From: Erysipelotrichaceae bacterium | Lineage (GTDB): Bacteria > Bacillota_I > Bacilli_A > Erysipelotrichales > Erysipelotrichaceae | Length of the DNA stretch: 64,000 bases | Reading direction: 5' to 3' | Assembly (NCBI GenBank): GCA_029974225.1 | Contig: JARKSP010000102.1 | Location: 9,629 to 73,628, forward strand | Shown here: positions 28,621 through 37,600 of the stretch, piece by piece | How the letters are laid out: every line of letters begins with the position of its first letter | Position numbering within the stretch: the stretch's first letter is position 1 | Translations under genes and position numbers: made by a program | Notes under the pieces: model-generated | What the model saw: only the letters and a program-made list of their open reading frames with translations | What the model was told of the DNA's origin: nothing | The model's database searches: none

Positions 28621-30072
28621 ATGTTTATTAAGGAACTGGAGAAAAGAACCGCTGGCACCCTGACAGAAAATCTGGCCTATGCGGTTGACACCACAACTTC
28701 TAGTTTGCTGGACTTATTTGCGATTAGCGGTGCTTTAAGAACCAGAACAGAAGAAGACATCAGATTAAAGTTTAATTCAGCATTCTCAGAGGATGCTCTT
28801 TTAGCGACCAAACTGGCTTTTTACACCAGAAATATCCGTGGCGGTTTAGGGGAAAGAGATACTTTCAGATATATGCTGAAAGAATTGGCTAAAATCAGTC
28901 CCGCTGTTCTATTGAAAAACCTGCATCTGGTTTCTCACTTTGGCAGATGGGATGACCTGTTTATCCTGTTTGACAGTTCTGTAGAAAAAGAGATGGTACA
29001 GCTGGTTCAAGAGCAGCTGGTTCAGGATAAAGAAAATGCTGAACAGGGAAACTCAATCTCTCTGCTGGCTAAATGGATGCCGTCAATTTCAACTTCCAGC
29101 AAAGATACCGTAGCCCTGGCAAAAAGGTTTGCTGAAGCCTGGAAGATGAGCTATAAAGACTACAGAAAAATGCTGACTGAATTGAGAGCCTATCTAAAAG
29201 TTGTAGAAGTAGATATGACAGCTCAGGATTGGAATAGCATCAATTATGAAAATGTGCCATCTAATGCCATGACTAAATATAGAAATGCGTTTTACAAAAA
29301 AGATAAAGTCAGATTTACAGATTACATTGAAGAAGTTAAAAAGGGACAGGCAAAAATCCAGTCAGCCACTTTATATCCATATAATATCGTGGAAAAAATT
29401 CTATACAGTAAGGAACAGAACGATGTTCTGGAATTGCAGTGGAAGGCCTTGCCAAACTATGTAAGTGGAGAAAACAATTTCCTGGTTATGGCCGATGTTT
29501 CTGAATCAATGACTGGCAGACCAATGGCGACCTCTGTTGGTCTGGCAATATACTTTGCAGAAAGAAACAAAGGACCTTTTGCAGGAAAATATATGACTTT
29601 CAGTGCTGTTCCGGAAATTGCTAACGTAAGCGGCACTACCTTATACGATAAAATTAAATATGTAGAGAAGCATAGGGTTGGCTATAATACGGATTTGGAG
29701 TTAGCCTTTATGACGGTCCTGCAGACAGCTGTCGAAATAAAATGTTCACAAGAAGATTTACCACAGTCTATCATCATTGTTTCTGATATGGAAATTGATG
29801 CCTACAGCATTAAAGGGGGAAACTTAAGCTTCTACGATGAAATGAAAGATCGGTTTGCTCAGCACGGCTATCAGATTCCCAACATTGTCTTCTGGAATGT
29901 TGACAGCCGACACGACACCTATCATGCCTTTGAGGATAATGTCAATGTCATGCTGGTTTCTGGACAAGCGGCTTCTACTTTCAGATTAATAATGGAAGGA
30001 CTGAATCTGACACCATACGAAGTAATGCTGAAAGCACTAAATGATCCGCAATATGATATAATTACTATCTAA
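28621..30072 (+). CDS. DUF2828-family protein: N-terminal helical domain plus C-terminal von Willebrand factor A domain (Ro60/TROVE-like layout)
   Basis: I prefer the ATG at 28621 (SD GAAGGA 5 nt upstream) over the track's TTG at 28597, which lies inside RNA element copy 2. N-terminus: TENLAYAVDTTTSSLLDLFAISGALR...AFYTRNIRGGLGERDTFRY, the DUF2828 pattern as I recall it. vWA MIDAS motif: DVSESMTG (29494-29508), with downstream T (GYNTDL) and D (VSDMEID). Confidence 0.75.
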   Translation: MFIKELEKRTAGTLTENLAYAVDTTTSSLLDLFAISGALRTRTEEDIRLKFNSAFSEDALLATKLAFYTRNIRGGLGERDTFRYMLKELAKISPAVLLKNLHLVSHFGRWDDLFILFDSSVEKEMVQLVQEQLVQDKENAEQGNSISLLAKWMPSISTSSKDTVALAKRFAEAWKMSYKDYRKMLTELRAYLKVVEVDMTAQDWNSINYENVPSNAMTKYRNAFYKKDKVRFTDYIEEVKKGQAKIQSATLYPYNIVEKILYSKEQNDVLELQWKALPNYVSGENNFLVMADVSESMTGRPMATSVGLAIYFAERNKGPFAGKYMTFSAVPEIANVSGTTLYDKIKYVEKHRVGYNTDLELAFMTVLQTAVEIKCSQEDLPQSIIIVSDMEIDAYSIKGGNLSFYDEMKDRFAQHGYQIPNIVFWNVDSRHDTYHAFEDNVNVMLVSGQAASTFRLIMEGLNLTPYEVMLKALNDPQYDIITI

Positions 30073-30101
30073 GACCGGTTTTAAATTACCGGTCTTTTTT
30101 T
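30072..30101 (+). terminator. intrinsic terminator after the vWA gene
   Basis: AGACCGG-N10-CCGGTCT followed by T7. Confidence 0.75.
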
Positions 30102-30153
30102 GCCAGCTATCCATTATTTAAGTAAGGCAAACAGCCTGTTTTTAAAGCAGGCA

Positions 30154-30162
30154 TGTTATAAT
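30154..30162 (+). promoter_or_regulatory. extended -10 promoter element for the small Cys/His-rich protein gene
   Basis: TGTTATAAT (TGnTATAAT), 43 nt upstream of the ATG at 30205. Confidence 0.45.
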
Positions 30163-30204
30163 AAATTGATATTCTTAAATAGTAATTAATACGAGGTAAG
30201 GACT

Positions 30205-30471
30205 ATGGATAAATACAGTTTTGACGATTTGTTAAAAGAAGATGATGATAACTCAGTTACTGACAAACCAGAAGAAGTAGGATTTTTGAAACTTCTTTTT
30301 GGCGATTCGACAAACCAGGACCAAAAACGAGGCCTTGGGGGTGCCTGTGATGGCGATTGTGCAAATTGTCCGTCTCACTATGGTTATCGTTACGGCAGAT
30401 GGTATTACGGTCATGACCATACTCACGGTTGTGAATTTGGCGGTAACAGAGGTGGTGGCGGTATTATTTAA
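30205..30471 (+). CDS. small (88 aa) protein: acidic N-terminal half, Cys/His/Tyr/Gly-rich C-terminal half
   Basis: GAGGTAAGG SD. Sequence ...GGACDGDCANCPSHYGYRYGRWYYGHDHTHGCEFGGNRGGGGII, with 4 Cys including C-x3-C-x2-C, 5 His and an RGG-like tail. No family recognised. Confidence 0.5.
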   Translation: MDKYSFDDLLKEDDDNSVTDKPEEVGFLKLLFGDSTNQDQKRGLGGACDGDCANCPSHYGYRYGRWYYGHDHTHGCEFGGNRGGGGII

Positions 30472-30577
30472 TTGATTTGAAAAACCTTATATATTTATTG
30501 GAAACACATGAACATCATAAAGAAACAAAAAAGCCAATCTAAAAAGTTCGTGTTTAAATAGAGTCCATAATTTATAT

Positions 30578-30606
30578 TTGAATTAGCATTAATGATTTGC
30601 TATAAT
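30578..30606 (+). promoter_or_regulatory. sigma-A-type promoter for secG-smpB-ppiB
   Basis: TTGAAT, a 17-nt spacer, then TATAAT. Confidence 0.55.
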
Positions 30607-30640
30607 ATAAAAGCATTTACAGTGAAAGGAGCCGCGTAGT

Positions 30641-30874
30641 ATGTTAGATGTTCTTATTATGGTAGTTGCGGTATTTATTATTCTTTTAGTTCTTTTACAA
30701 AGCGGAAAATCAGCTGGTGTCAGTGCAGCTTTCACCGGTGGAAGTGGTGGTTTAAACCTTTTTAGTAACTTAAAAGAAAGGGGTCCTGAAAAAGTTATCT
30801 CAACGTTAACTTTAATTTCAGCAGTAGTATTCTTTATATTAGTAATTATTAAACTGATTATTACACAAAACTAA
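30641..30874 (+). CDS. secG: preprotein translocase subunit SecG
   Basis: 77 aa with two TM helices flanking the LLQSGKSAG...GG loop typical of SecG. Confidence 0.85.
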   Translation: MLDVLIMVVAVFIILLVLLQSGKSAGVSAAFTGGSGGLNLFSNLKERGPEKVISTLTLISAVVFFILVIIKLIITQN

Positions 30875-30913
30875 AAAAGGACTGGGCAGTTCTTTTTTTG
30901 TCAAGGGAATTTT

Positions 30914-31360
30914 ATGGAAAAAAATATTGCGGTAAACCGAAAAGCCCGACACGAATACTTTCTTGAAGAATTTTACGAAGCCGGAATTCAGCTGACCGGT
31001 ACCGAAATCAAAAGTATTCGTCAGGGTCGTGTTCAATTAAAAGAAGCTTATATCGACTTCATTGGAAATGAAGCTTTTGTTATTGACATGCATATATCTG
31101 CTTATGACCATGGCAATATTTTCAACCATGAAGAGAAAAGAAAAAGAAAGTTACTTTTGCACAGATATGAAATCAATACATTAAGGAAGGCTGTTTCAGT
31201 GAAAGGCTATACTATCGTTCCTACCAGAATGTATTTAAAAAAAGGACTATGCAAACTGGAAATTGCCTTAGCCAAGGGTAAGGCCTTATATGACAAACGT
31301 CAGTCTTTAAAAGAAAAAGATATGCAAAGAGAAATAGAAAAAGCAATGAAAGCGAGATAA
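30914..31360 (+). CDS. smpB: SsrA-binding protein
   Basis: 148 aa: NRKARHEYF..E.YEAGI.L.GTEIKSIR, LLLH..EI..L, GYTIVP..MY.K.G..K.E.ALAKGK..YDKR. Confidence 0.95.
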   Translation: MEKNIAVNRKARHEYFLEEFYEAGIQLTGTEIKSIRQGRVQLKEAYIDFIGNEAFVIDMHISAYDHGNIFNHEEKRKRKLLLHRYEINTLRKAVSVKGYTIVPTRMYLKKGLCKLEIALAKGKALYDKRQSLKEKDMQREIEKAMKAR

Positions 31361-31362
31361 AT

Positions 31363-31833
31363 ATGATTATTATTGAAATGGATGATGGCGGCATCATTAA
31401 ACTGCAGTTAGATGAATCTGCTGCTCCGCTTACTGTGGCCAATTTTAGAAAGCTGGTCAGTCAGAAGTTTTATGATGGTTTGATTTTTCACCGCGTAATC
31501 AGAGGTTTTATGATTCAGGGTGGCGATCCAGCAGGTACCGGTATGGGTGGAAGTGCTGAAAAAATTAAGGGTGAGTTTCTGACTAATGGTGTTAATAATA
31601 CTTTGAAGCATACCAGAGGGGTTATTTCAATGGCTAGAAGCCAGCACCCCGATAGTGCTTCTTCGCAGTTTTTCATTATGCATCAGAATTCGCCTCATTT
31701 AGATGGTTCCTATGCCGCCTTTGGCCAGGTTGTTGAAGGTATGGAAGTTGTTGACAGCATTGCCAGCTGCAAAACTGACTGGCGCGATAAACCCCTCAGA
31801 GAACAGAAAATAAAAAGAATCTACGAAATCTAA
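31363..31833 (+). CDS. ppiB: cyclophilin-type peptidyl-prolyl cis-trans isomerase
   Basis: FHRVI.GFMIQGGDP.GTG.GG, SMAR....DSASSQFFI. Confidence 0.9.
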   Translation: MIIIEMDDGGIIKLQLDESAAPLTVANFRKLVSQKFYDGLIFHRVIRGFMIQGGDPAGTGMGGSAEKIKGEFLTNGVNNTLKHTRGVISMARSQHPDSASSQFFIMHQNSPHLDGSYAAFGQVVEGMEVVDSIASCKTDWRDKPLREQKIKRIYEI

Positions 31834-31862
31834 TGGATACCAGAAAGGATCCATTTTCTTTT
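31834..31862 (+). terminator. probable intrinsic terminator after ppiB
   Basis: ATGGAT-ACCAGAAAGG-ATCCAT followed by TTTCTTTT. Confidence 0.5.
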
Positions 31863-31919
31863 AATTGTCATAAACTTTTCTTTGGTGTATTATAAAAACA
31901 TGTAATTTGAGAGGTATAT

Positions 31920-32795
31920 ATGACTAGAAAAACAAATAGAGGAGATCGTAGAGACGGCTATCTGGTAAAAGAACACGATCCAATGCATATGATGATGCCA
32001 TACATCATGGGTGGCAGAGCTGATAATGAAGCGGTATTATGTGATAATTTTGACATGACCAATGTTATCGAATACATGAAAAAGAAAAACGAAACAGCAG
32101 AGTACAAATACACTTACTTTCACGTTGTTTTAGCTGCTGTCGCCAAAACAGTTTATTTACGTCCGTTAATGAACAGATTCACTATTGGACACAGGTTTTA
32201 TGATAGAAAGGAAATTTCTTTCTCTTTTACAGCCAAAAATAAGTTTGTCGATGATGCTGACGAATCGCTGGTTATTATCAGAGTCGATGATAACGATGAG
32301 CCTATCGCTGAACAAATTCATAATAAAATCTGTAAAGAAGTCTACAAGATCAGAACCGAGGAAATACAGGACGATACCACTAATGTTATGGCCTTTTTGA
32401 CAAAGATTCCTCGTCCGCTGCTAAGGATTGTAGCCAAACTTTTATTCACTTTGGATTACTATGATAAACTGCCAAAAGCTATAACGGAAGTTGACCCCTA
32501 CCGCACAACCGCCTTTGTTTCCAATTTAGGTTCCATCAATCTGGATGCTGAATATCATCATCTGATCAACTGGAGTACCAGCTCAGCCTTTGTCCTGCTT
32601 AACAAAGTAAAAAAGATGCCGTTTTTCAATGATGACGGAACTTATCAGATGAAAGATGCGGTCAGGATTTCCTTTACAATTGACGAGAGAATTGCTGATG
32701 GTTTCTACTTTATGAAAAGTTTTATGATTTTCAAACATCTTCTAGAAAATCCTGAACTACTGGATGCTCCTATTTCTGCTCCGATAGATTTATAA
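31920..32795 (+). CDS. stand-alone 2-oxoacid dehydrogenase E2-type acyltransferase catalytic-domain homologue (no lipoyl domain; active-site His replaced)
   Basis: The C-terminus ISFTIDERIADGFYFMKSFMIFKHLLENPELL matches the E2 signature s.DHR..DGa.aa.Fl...k..lE.P..lL, but with E in place of the catalytic H. Confidence 0.55.
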   Translation: MTRKTNRGDRRDGYLVKEHDPMHMMMPYIMGGRADNEAVLCDNFDMTNVIEYMKKKNETAEYKYTYFHVVLAAVAKTVYLRPLMNRFTIGHRFYDRKEISFSFTAKNKFVDDADESLVIIRVDDNDEPIAEQIHNKICKEVYKIRTEEIQDDTTNVMAFLTKIPRPLLRIVAKLLFTLDYYDKLPKAITEVDPYRTTAFVSNLGSINLDAEYHHLINWSTSSAFVLLNKVKKMPFFNDDGTYQMKDAVRISFTIDERIADGFYFMKSFMIFKHLLENPELLDAPISAPIDL

Positions 32796-32805
32796 ACAAA
32801 ACAAA

Positions 32806-32847
32806 AGACTATCTGTCAAATTGTAACTACAGATAGTCTTTTTTTTA
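32806..32847. terminator. bidirectional intrinsic terminator between convergent genes
   Basis: AGACTATCTGT-N12-ACAGATAGTCT, with an A-rich tract upstream and T8 downstream. Confidence 0.75.
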
Positions 32848-33756
32848 TTAAATATCTTTTTTCTTGATTATCGCAAATGAAGAAACATAACTTGCTGCAG
32901 CTACCGCTCCATAAAACAATATTATTGGAAAAGCTGACAGGGTTTTGTTAGCCAATAAAATGTCTGAACCCCATTGGCTTCTGGTAACATCAGCATCTAA
33001 TTTCTGAACTGAGAACAGATTCATCAGGTTGGCCATAATTCTGTTTGGCTTAATCGTATCAACCATCTCGACAAAAGATTTAAAAATCAGACTGAAGTGA
33101 TAGTTTATATCAATCAGACTCATAACAGCTGATGGCGCTTTTCCTGTAAGTGATGTCATAACTCTCTGAATCGGAAAGAAAGCCAGTGCAATCATAACCA
33201 CTGCCAGAAGAGGCAGCATCGCAGTAATCTTTCTTTTAAAGACACAGCTTAGCAGAGTTGACACGGCGGTAAAAAACAGGATAACCACCAAACCATAAAG
33301 GAAATAAGCGGGAAAATATGAAACCATTTCCCTGATGACATTGCCATCTATCGCCTTAACAATAACTATTGTTGAAAAATATGAGAACAGAGATATTGCC
33401 AGAAGGATGATCTGACCGGCTATTACTCCCAGCACCTTACCTGCTAAAATCTGAGTCCTTAAGTTTGGCTTGGCTGCCAGTAGCTTAAAGGTTCCTTCAT
33501 GAACCTCGCTGGCTATAAGTCCGGTCGCATTGGAAATTGTTGTTGCCATCAGGACAAAACCATCAATTACAAAGAATACCAGCACATGCTGCATCATCAG
33601 GTTTTGTTCCAGTAGCTGCTGATAAGCCATAACACCCATACCACCTCTACCTGTTGAGATAACAATTGAACCCACAATAACACTGGTTAAAATACAGAAA
33701 ATAATGCTTACCTTCTTTAGTGTTGTTTCCAAAGTTCTTAAGAATATATTTTTCAT
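32848..33756 (-). CDS. ABC-2-type transporter permease
   Basis: 302 aa with about 6 TM segments. Overlaps the upstream ATPase gene by 4 nt. Confidence 0.65.
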   Translation of the reverse strand: MKNIFLRTLETTLKKVSIIFCILTSVIVGSIVISTGRGGMGVMAYQQLLEQNLMMQHVLVFFVIDGFVLMATTISNATGLIASEVHEGTFKLLAAKPNLRTQILAGKVLGVIAGQIILLAISLFSYFSTIVIVKAIDGNVIREMVSYFPAYFLYGLVVILFFTAVSTLLSCVFKRKITAMLPLLAVVMIALAFFPIQRVMTSLTGKAPSAVMSLIDINYHFSLIFKSFVEMVDTIKPNRIMANLMNLFSVQKLDADVTRSQWGSDILLANKTLSAFPIILFYGAVAAASYVSSFAIIKKKDI

Positions 33757-34673
33757 TCTTTTTCTCCTTCCAGCGCCTGCTTATACAGCAGGTCTAAAGA
33801 CAATACTTCCTCATGCAAAACGTTTAAAACCAGATCATTTTCAAAGATTGTTTTGACAACATCTTTTTTCAAGGCATTAACATCAGCAGTCGTTATTCTG
33901 ATTGAGCCTTTGGCCTTTTCAATGCTGTATCTGCCTTCAAGCTTTTCATACAGCAGCTCATTATTGTCACAGCTAACCACCAGGATGCCCTGCTTAAATT
34001 TTTCCTGCGCTGTTGCAATAGATTCATCCATTATAAGCTTGCCATGATTGATCATGATGACATGGTCAATGACTGTCTCCAGTTCCGTCAGGACATGGGA
34101 GCTGATCAGCACTGTCAGATTCCGGTCCTGAACCATTGATCTTACAGTATTGAGTATCTCCATCCTGCTGGTAGGATCCAGGTTTGCCGTTGGCTCGTCC
34201 AGAAGCAGAATCTCCGGATCATGTATCATGGCCTGCGCCAGCGAGACCTTTTTCTTCATACCGGTAGAAAACTTCGACACTTTTTTATAGGCATGGTCAA
34301 CCAGGTCATACTGTTTAATCAGACTGGTTGCTTTTTCCATCGCTTCCTCATTGGATAAACCGCTTAAAGTTCCCATATACCAGAGATATTCCACACAGTT
34401 CATATCATCATAGAAGCTGGTGTACTCCGGAGAGTAGCCTAAAACCCTAAGTGCTTCCCTGCTGCCCAGTTCATGCCCCTTTACATTCCCTGTCCCTGAG
34501 GTTGGATGCAGTGAGCCCATGATCATCGCCATTGTCGTTGACTTGCCGGCACCGTTAGGACCGACAATTCCATAGACCTTGCCTGGCAGCAGCTTAAGAC
34601 TAAAATCATCCACTGCGGTGAACTTGCCAAATTTTTTAGTCAGGTTGTTCAGTTCAATACAATATTCACTCAT
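33753..34673 (-). CDS. ABC transporter ATP-binding protein
   Basis: Walker A GPNGAGKST, signature FSTGMKKK, Walker B LLLLDEPTANLD, H-loop SSH. Confidence 0.9.
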   Translation of the reverse strand: MSEYCIELNNLTKKFGKFTAVDDFSLKLLPGKVYGIVGPNGAGKSTTMAMIMGSLHPTSGTGNVKGHELGSREALRVLGYSPEYTSFYDDMNCVEYLWYMGTLSGLSNEEAMEKATSLIKQYDLVDHAYKKVSKFSTGMKKKVSLAQAMIHDPEILLLDEPTANLDPTSRMEILNTVRSMVQDRNLTVLISSHVLTELETVIDHVIMINHGKLIMDESIATAQEKFKQGILVVSCDNNELLYEKLEGRYSIEKAKGSIRITTADVNALKKDVVKTIFENDLVLNVLHEEVLSLDLLYKQALEGEKE

Positions 34674-37600
34674 TATTTCAGGCCCTCCTTACTTACTTTT
34701 TTGACATATGCTTTTCGATATATGTTCAATGCGAAACCAGCAATTACTGCCAGCACTGCCAATACAACAACATATTCGCTTCTGGTCTTTTGACTTAAGA
34801 CGGTAATTTCAAAATCTGCTTTGGAGCCTTTCCCCTGTCCATCATCTAAAACCAGAGCTATTACGTGTCGGCCTTCTGTTAGCTTCAGATCATACTGTTT
34901 TTCCTGAATTACCGCTATCAGAGTGTTGTTATCATAGATAGAGGTAATCGCATAAGGAGCTGTTGTTTTCCATTCAATATGAATAATATATTCAGCAGTC
35001 TCTTCATCAAATCTGGTGGTTATCTCAAATGATTCACCGATATCTAAACTATAAACATCATTTTGGATGGTGGTTACTAGAATAGTATCTTCGTTAATCA
35101 GACAGTATTTTTCTCCAGATATTCTATAGTTGGCAATATCATTAAACTGGTCTAAGTCAACTAGCAGCACTTTCTCGTTTGATACTTTAATAAAAAAGTA
35201 TCTGTCGGTGTTTTCAACATCGTAGTATCTTTCAAACCATTCAACTGTCGGAAATTTTACTTCTTTTAATAACTCAAAGGTTTTGGCATCATAAATCATC
35301 AGAGCAGTACTTTGAGTCCAGTCTTCCTCTTTGTAGAAAGTCTTTAATACCGCAAAATCATTTAAACCGTCCTGGTTATAATCCTTGGTGGCCATTAATC
35401 CTGTATCAGGATTTTCTTCTATCATAAATGAAATCAGATAATCTGGATGGTATTTAAATTCATCCTTCATTTCATGATTTTCGTATTCAAACTTATTGAT
35501 CCAGGTCAAGTCCTCGCCTGTCTTGCCGTCAATAATGGTGTACACTCCCCAGTAATAGGTAGCATGATAGATTTCGTTGTAGCCGTCATTGTTTAAGTCC
35601 ATGTCCAGAAGAGCGAATGCCTCATAGTCGGAAACCCCGTCCTGGCACAGCGAATACATCCTGTTAAACGTTTTGCCGTCATAGACATCAAATATCTGAT
35701 ATCCCTGGGAATTCCTGTTGACCAGAACAAACTCCTTGACCCCGTCATTGTTGATATCGGCAAACACCGTACCATATGTCAGATTCTGATAATCCTTGTT
35801 CATGGTGACCGCGGTGCTCTGCTTTTTATATTCGACATTATAGGTGTAGACAACTCTCGAGGTCCACATCTCAACCCTGGTGTCGCTTATCGATATGTAG
35901 TCATCAAAGCCATCGCCATTGATATCGCCTACAGCGTAGGGCATTCCGCCGGTGTCGAAAAAGGTTTCAATCGATCCTCTCAGGGTCCAGCTGCTGGTAG
36001 CCACAATACCTTCTGGAATCAGCAGCTCTTTCTTTCCATCACCGTTCAGATCCCTTACCAGACTAACCTCTTTCGAGGTTGAATAGACATTGTACTTCTT
36101 GCCCTTGTCGTCATAGCTTTCATACAGGAAGATCTTCCTGTTGGCTAGAACCGCACCGGTGGCGCCGTCGATAATGATGTAGTTGCTGTATCTTGGCTCG
36201 TCCTTGTCGGTATAGCTGATAACCACGCCGATCACATCATCGATGCCGTCCATATTGAAGTCATCATACTTCAGAGTTTCAAAACCGTGATTTTTATCCT
36301 GGATGTCCAGATCATAGGTCCAGACGACCGTCTTCAGGTCAGTCTTGTATTTCACAATACGTTTAGCGACGCCGTTGACTTTATATGAAAGAATAATGTA
36401 GTCATCCTTAAGGTGTTCCAGATTGGTGTAAATACTGTCATACAGATATGACACTGATGATAATCTGCTGTCAACTTTAACAACCGAGTTAGAAAAAATC
36501 TCAACCAGATAGCCTTCAGTTTCATCATATTTCAAGCCATACTTACTGTTTGGCTGTAAAGAGTCAATGGTAACATCCTTCTGGAGCAGCTGATTGCCCT
36601 GCAAATCAAAGATGTTTACTCTCATTTTCTTTTCTTCGGCCACAAAAACGGTGGTGACAACATCCTTTACTTCGCCATCCACTTCATATTTGGCAAAGAC
36701 AGCCTTGCCATATTTTACAAGGGCTACGTTGCCGCCAAATAAAGTCATTGTTTTTTCTGCCTTGTTATAGAGAACATATTTTTGAGTGAACCAGAATTCT
36801 ACATCAGTAGCCAGGGATTCATCATCCAGGAAATAGCAGGAAATCAGCAGGTAGTCGCCATTGTCATCCACCACTTTATATCCTCTGAAATTTCCTTTAT
36901 GAAGTCCTGTCGGATTATGTTTTGGTCCATTTATCCAGATAAAGTCTTCTGAAAGAATACCTTTAAAATCTTCATCCGAAAGCAATCCGATTGGCAGGGT
37001 TTCAAAAGCATTGCTTTCAAAATCATACAGACAGATATAACCATCCTCACTTAGCACATACAGCTGTGTTCCATCATAGTAGATATCAAACAGACTCATC
37101 TGAGCTGTAAATGAAAAGCTATCCTCATATCTTAAAGTAACATCATATTTATTTGTGATTAATCTGACTTCAATTACTTCTCCTGTTTCAAAATCTAAAA
37201 TACCAAACTGTCCCAGCTGGTCAATGAAATAGATTTTATCTTCCACAACTTCAAAATCCCAGATATTGTCCCTGTTCTCATATTCATAAATGATGGAGCA
37301 GTCCTCCGGATTGATATTCACAATCTTGTAATCATACAGAACAAATACTTTATCCTTAATGAATCGCATCTCAAAAATATAAGAGTTGTTTTCGATGTTT
37401 CCCAGATTATCATTGTATCCCAGATGAGTAAATCTGGTAGAAGAGATGACGCTGCCATCTTTTGAACTGATGACAAAAAGCTGGTCATTGAACTCTGCCA
37501 CGTTTTGAAAGACCAGAAAATCATTATTTCCGTCTTTGTCGACATCATTGATGATGATGAGCTTTAAAACGGGAAATTCGGTTTGCAGATGGGTTTTCCC

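Noticed and set aside
30205-30471. The small Cys-rich protein as a RiPP precursor or radical-SAM-like CxxxCxxC peptide.
   Set aside because: No maturation enzymes, transporter or protease genes are adjacent. The flanking genes are the vWA protein and secG. I kept it only as an uncharacterised small protein.
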